Positions 62,319 through 64,000 of a stretch of DNA of 64,000 nucleotides are shown here, in pieces (within the stretch, counting starts at the first letter, position 1; each line of letters begins with the position of its first letter). Source of the DNA: an uncultured Acidobacteriota bacterium (GTDB taxonomy: Bacteria > Acidobacteriota > Thermoanaerobaculia > UBA5066 > Gp7-AA6). The notes beneath the pieces were generated by a model, which saw only the letters and a list, made by a program, of their open reading frames with translations, was not told the origin of the DNA and did not search any database. The DNA lies in assembly GCA_963736455.1 (NCBI GenBank), contig CAVTON010000001.1, positions 778,270 through 842,269 of the forward strand. Reading direction: 5' to 3'. Made by a program: the position numbers and the translations under genes.

Positions 62319-64000
62319 ATGAATCGACGCACGTTCGTCAAGCGCATCGGCGCACTGCCCCTCCTCTCGAGGCTGGGATGGCTCGCTGCGGTTCCGGGGC
62401 GCGGCGCGGGTGCGGTGCCCTTCCGCCGGGTCCGGCCCTCCGACCCGGGCTGGCCTTCTGCCGAGAAGTGGGCTCGCCTCAAGGACCAGGTCGGAGGCCG
62501 CCTGATTGCGGTGACCTCTCCGCTCGAGCCATGCACGCGCGCCCCCGGAAGCGCCGCGTGCGCCTCGCGCCTGGAGGAAATGAAGAATCCGTACTTCATC
62601 GGCGATCAGGCCGGGGGCACGCAGCTCTCCGGATGGCTCGGCGCGTGGACGTCCTCGCCGAGCGCATACGCGGTCGAAGCCCGCCGGACCGAGGACGTCG
62701 TCGCGGCGGTCAACTTCGCCCGCGAAAACCGCCTGCGTCTCGTCGTGAAGGGCGCCGGCCACAGCTATCTCGGCACGTCGAATGCGCCGGACTCGCTCCT
62801 CGTCTGGACGCACGACATGCGCGCGATCCGGCTCCACGAGGCGTTCGTGCCGGAGGGCTGCCGGACGCCGCCCGTGCCGGCGGTCACGATCGAGCCCGGC
62901 GCGCGCTGGATCGAGGCCTACGACGCCGTCACGACGAAGGGAGGCCGCTACGTTCAGGGGGGCGGCTGCTGCACCGTCGGCGTCGTCGGCCTGCTTTCCG
63001 GCGGAGGCTTCGGCAGTTTCTCGAAGTTCTACGGAATGGCCGCCGCATACCTGCTCGAGGCCGAGATCGTCACCGCCGACGGCCGCACCCTGATCGCCAA
63101 CGCCTGCTCCCAGCCCGATCTCTTCTGGTCTCTGAAGGGCGGCGGAGGGGGAACGTTCGGCATCGTCACCCGGGTGACGCTCGCGACCCATGCCCTGCCT
63201 GAGACCTTCGGGGCCGTCAGCGGAAAGGTCAAGGCCGCGTCGGATGCGGCGTATCGCCGGCTCGTTCTCGAATTCATGCGCTTCTACGAGAAGTCGCTCT
63301 TCAATCCGCACTGGGGCGAGCAGGCGACCTTTGGTCCGGACAATACGCTCGGGATCCACGTGCTGGCCGCGGGATTGAGCGACGACGCCGCGGAGGCGAC
63401 CTGGAAGCCTCTCCGCGAATTCCTGGCGGCATCGCCGGCCGACTTTCAGATCGTCGAACCGATTCGGGTGGGCACGACCGCCGCCCGAAACTGGTGGGAC
63501 TACGAGTGGCGCCGCCAGCACTCTCCGGACGCGATGATGGCGGATCCGCGGCCGGGTGCTCCGGCTTCGAACGTCTGGTGGTCCGACAACTCCGGCGAGG
63601 CCGACGCGTTCCTGTACGGCTACGAGTCGCTGTGGCTGCCCGCACCCCTCCTTCGAAACCCGGAGCGGCTCGCCAGCGCGATCTACGACGCTTCGCGGCA
63701 CTTCGAGGTCCAGCTTCACTTCAACAAGGGGCTCGGCGGGGCGCCGGCCGAGCGGGTCGCCGCGGCCCGCGAAACGGCGACCAATCCCGCCGTTCTCGAC
63801 GCCTTTGCCCTCGCCATCATCGCGACCGGCGTTTCCCACAGAAATCCCGGCATCGCGGGCCACGAGCCGGACATCACTCGGGGCAAAGCCGACGCGGCCG
63901 CGATCACGGCGGCGGCCGACGCGCTGCGCGCGATCGTTCCGGACGCCGGCTCCTACGCGAACGAGAGCAACTACTTCGACGGCGCCTTCCAGAAGTCCTA
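62319..64000 (+). CDS. FAD-linked oxidase (FAD_binding_4/PCMH, BBE-like) with Tat signal peptide; 3' end beyond the window
   Basis: ATG at 62319: MNRRTFVKRIGALPLLSRLGWLAAVPG (twin-Arg motif) ... VVKGAGHSYLG ... GGGCCTVGVVGLLSGGGFGSFSKFYGMAAAYLLEAEIVTADG (FAD-binding PCMH). No stop before the window end, so it is absent from the ORF track. The overlapping track ORFs 61994-63202(+) and 62250-63863(-) are artefacts. Confidence 0.7.
   Translation, partial: MNRRTFVKRIGALPLLSRLGWLAAVPGRGAGAVPFRRVRPSDPGWPSAEKWARLKDQVGGRLIAVTSPLEPCTRAPGSAACASRLEEMKNPYFIGDQAGGTQLSGWLGAWTSSPSAYAVEARRTEDVVAAVNFARENRLRLVVKGAGHSYLGTSNAPDSLLVWTHDMRAIRLHEAFVPEGCRTPPVPAVTIEPGARWIEAYDAVTTKGGRYVQGGGCCTVGVVGLLSGGGFGSFSKFYGMAAAYLLEAEIVTADGRTLIANACSQPDLFWSLKGGGGGTFGIVTRVTLATHALPETFGAVSGKVKAASDAAYRRLVLEFMRFYEKSLFNPHWGEQATFGPDNTLGIHVLAAGLSDDAAEATWKPLREFLAASPADFQIVEPIRVGTTAARNWWDYEWRRQHSPDAMMADPRPGAPASNVWWSDNSGEADAFLYGYESLWLPAPLLRNPERLASAIYDASRHFEVQLHFNKGLGGAPAERVAAARETATNPAVLDAFALAIIATGVSHRNPGIAGHEPDITRGKADAAAITAAADALRAIVPDAGSYANESNYFDGAFQKS

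Noticed and set aside
1-64000. Mobile elements, tRNA and rRNA genes
   Set aside because: No transposase/integrase/recombinase-like ORFs, no terminal inverted repeats, and no tRNA-like cloverleaf candidates or rRNA were recognised by eye. A tRNAscan/Infernal run would be needed to be definitive.

Overview
This is a very high-GC (about 70%) window from a probably diderm bacterium, supported by an OprB-type porin, lipoproteins and Tat/Sec signal peptides. I found no rRNA, tRNA, CRISPR array or transposase/integrase. Many of the long ORFs in the six-frame track are out-of-frame or antisense artefacts of GC-rich DNA. Real genes were picked by recognisable protein content and by 4-nt start/stop overlaps (ATGA/GTGA).

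The main blocks are:

- **1-15.5 kb, plus strand.** A membrane glycosylation island: a DUF2298 'YYY' protein, a GT4, a SAM methyltransferase, an NAD epimerase and three large GT-C-fold (PMT_2/TIGR03663/ArnT-like) membrane proteins. Two of these carry C-terminal NHL beta-propellers.
- **16.2-18.0 kb, minus strand.** Two tandem paralogous secreted SLH-like proteins, each followed by an identical hairpin terminator.
- **18.0-21.1 kb, minus strand.** An operon of a UbiA-family decaprenyl-phosphate phosphoribosyltransferase-like enzyme, a GT2 polyprenyl-phosphate sugar synthase and a eukaryote-type UDP-galactopyranose mutase.
- **21.2-25.1 kb, plus strand, divergent from the previous operon.** An AsnB-like amide synthetase, a radical SAM enzyme and a flavin-dependent halogenase/GG-reductase-like oxidoreductase.
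- **27.6-31.1 kb.** A Ku/LigD NHEJ pair; Ku is translationally coupled to a MerR-HTH/TPR protein, and a second partial ATP-dependent ligase sits at the window start.
- **31.1-35.2 kb.** A DUF72 protein, an MFS transporter, AlkA, a small hypothetical membrane protein and a PF04020 holin-like membrane protein.
- **35.2-44.3 kb, minus strand.** An alpha-glucan operon: glgB, a GH57 protein, glgP and malQ.
- **44.0-46.1 kb.** DUF1611 plus a dipeptide epimerase.
- **46.3-51.9 kb.** An 1872-aa Ser/Thr kinase fused to a STAND/AAA ATPase, a TPR-like region and two SBP_bac_5 substrate-binding domains.
- **51.9-64.0 kb.** A DUF4388 protein, a DUF4097 protein, a BlaI/BlaR1-like pair with an unusual repeat-containing C-terminus, a MobA-like protein, an LhgO oxidase followed by a 235-bp tandem duplication, an OprB porin and a Tat-signal FAD-linked oxidase.

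The most interesting candidate system is the combination of the arabinogalactan-like lipid-linked furanose donor genes (UbiA-DPPRS-like, GT2, UGM) with the GT-C/NHL glycosyltransferase island and the adjacent AsnB-like/radical-SAM/flavoenzyme operon.
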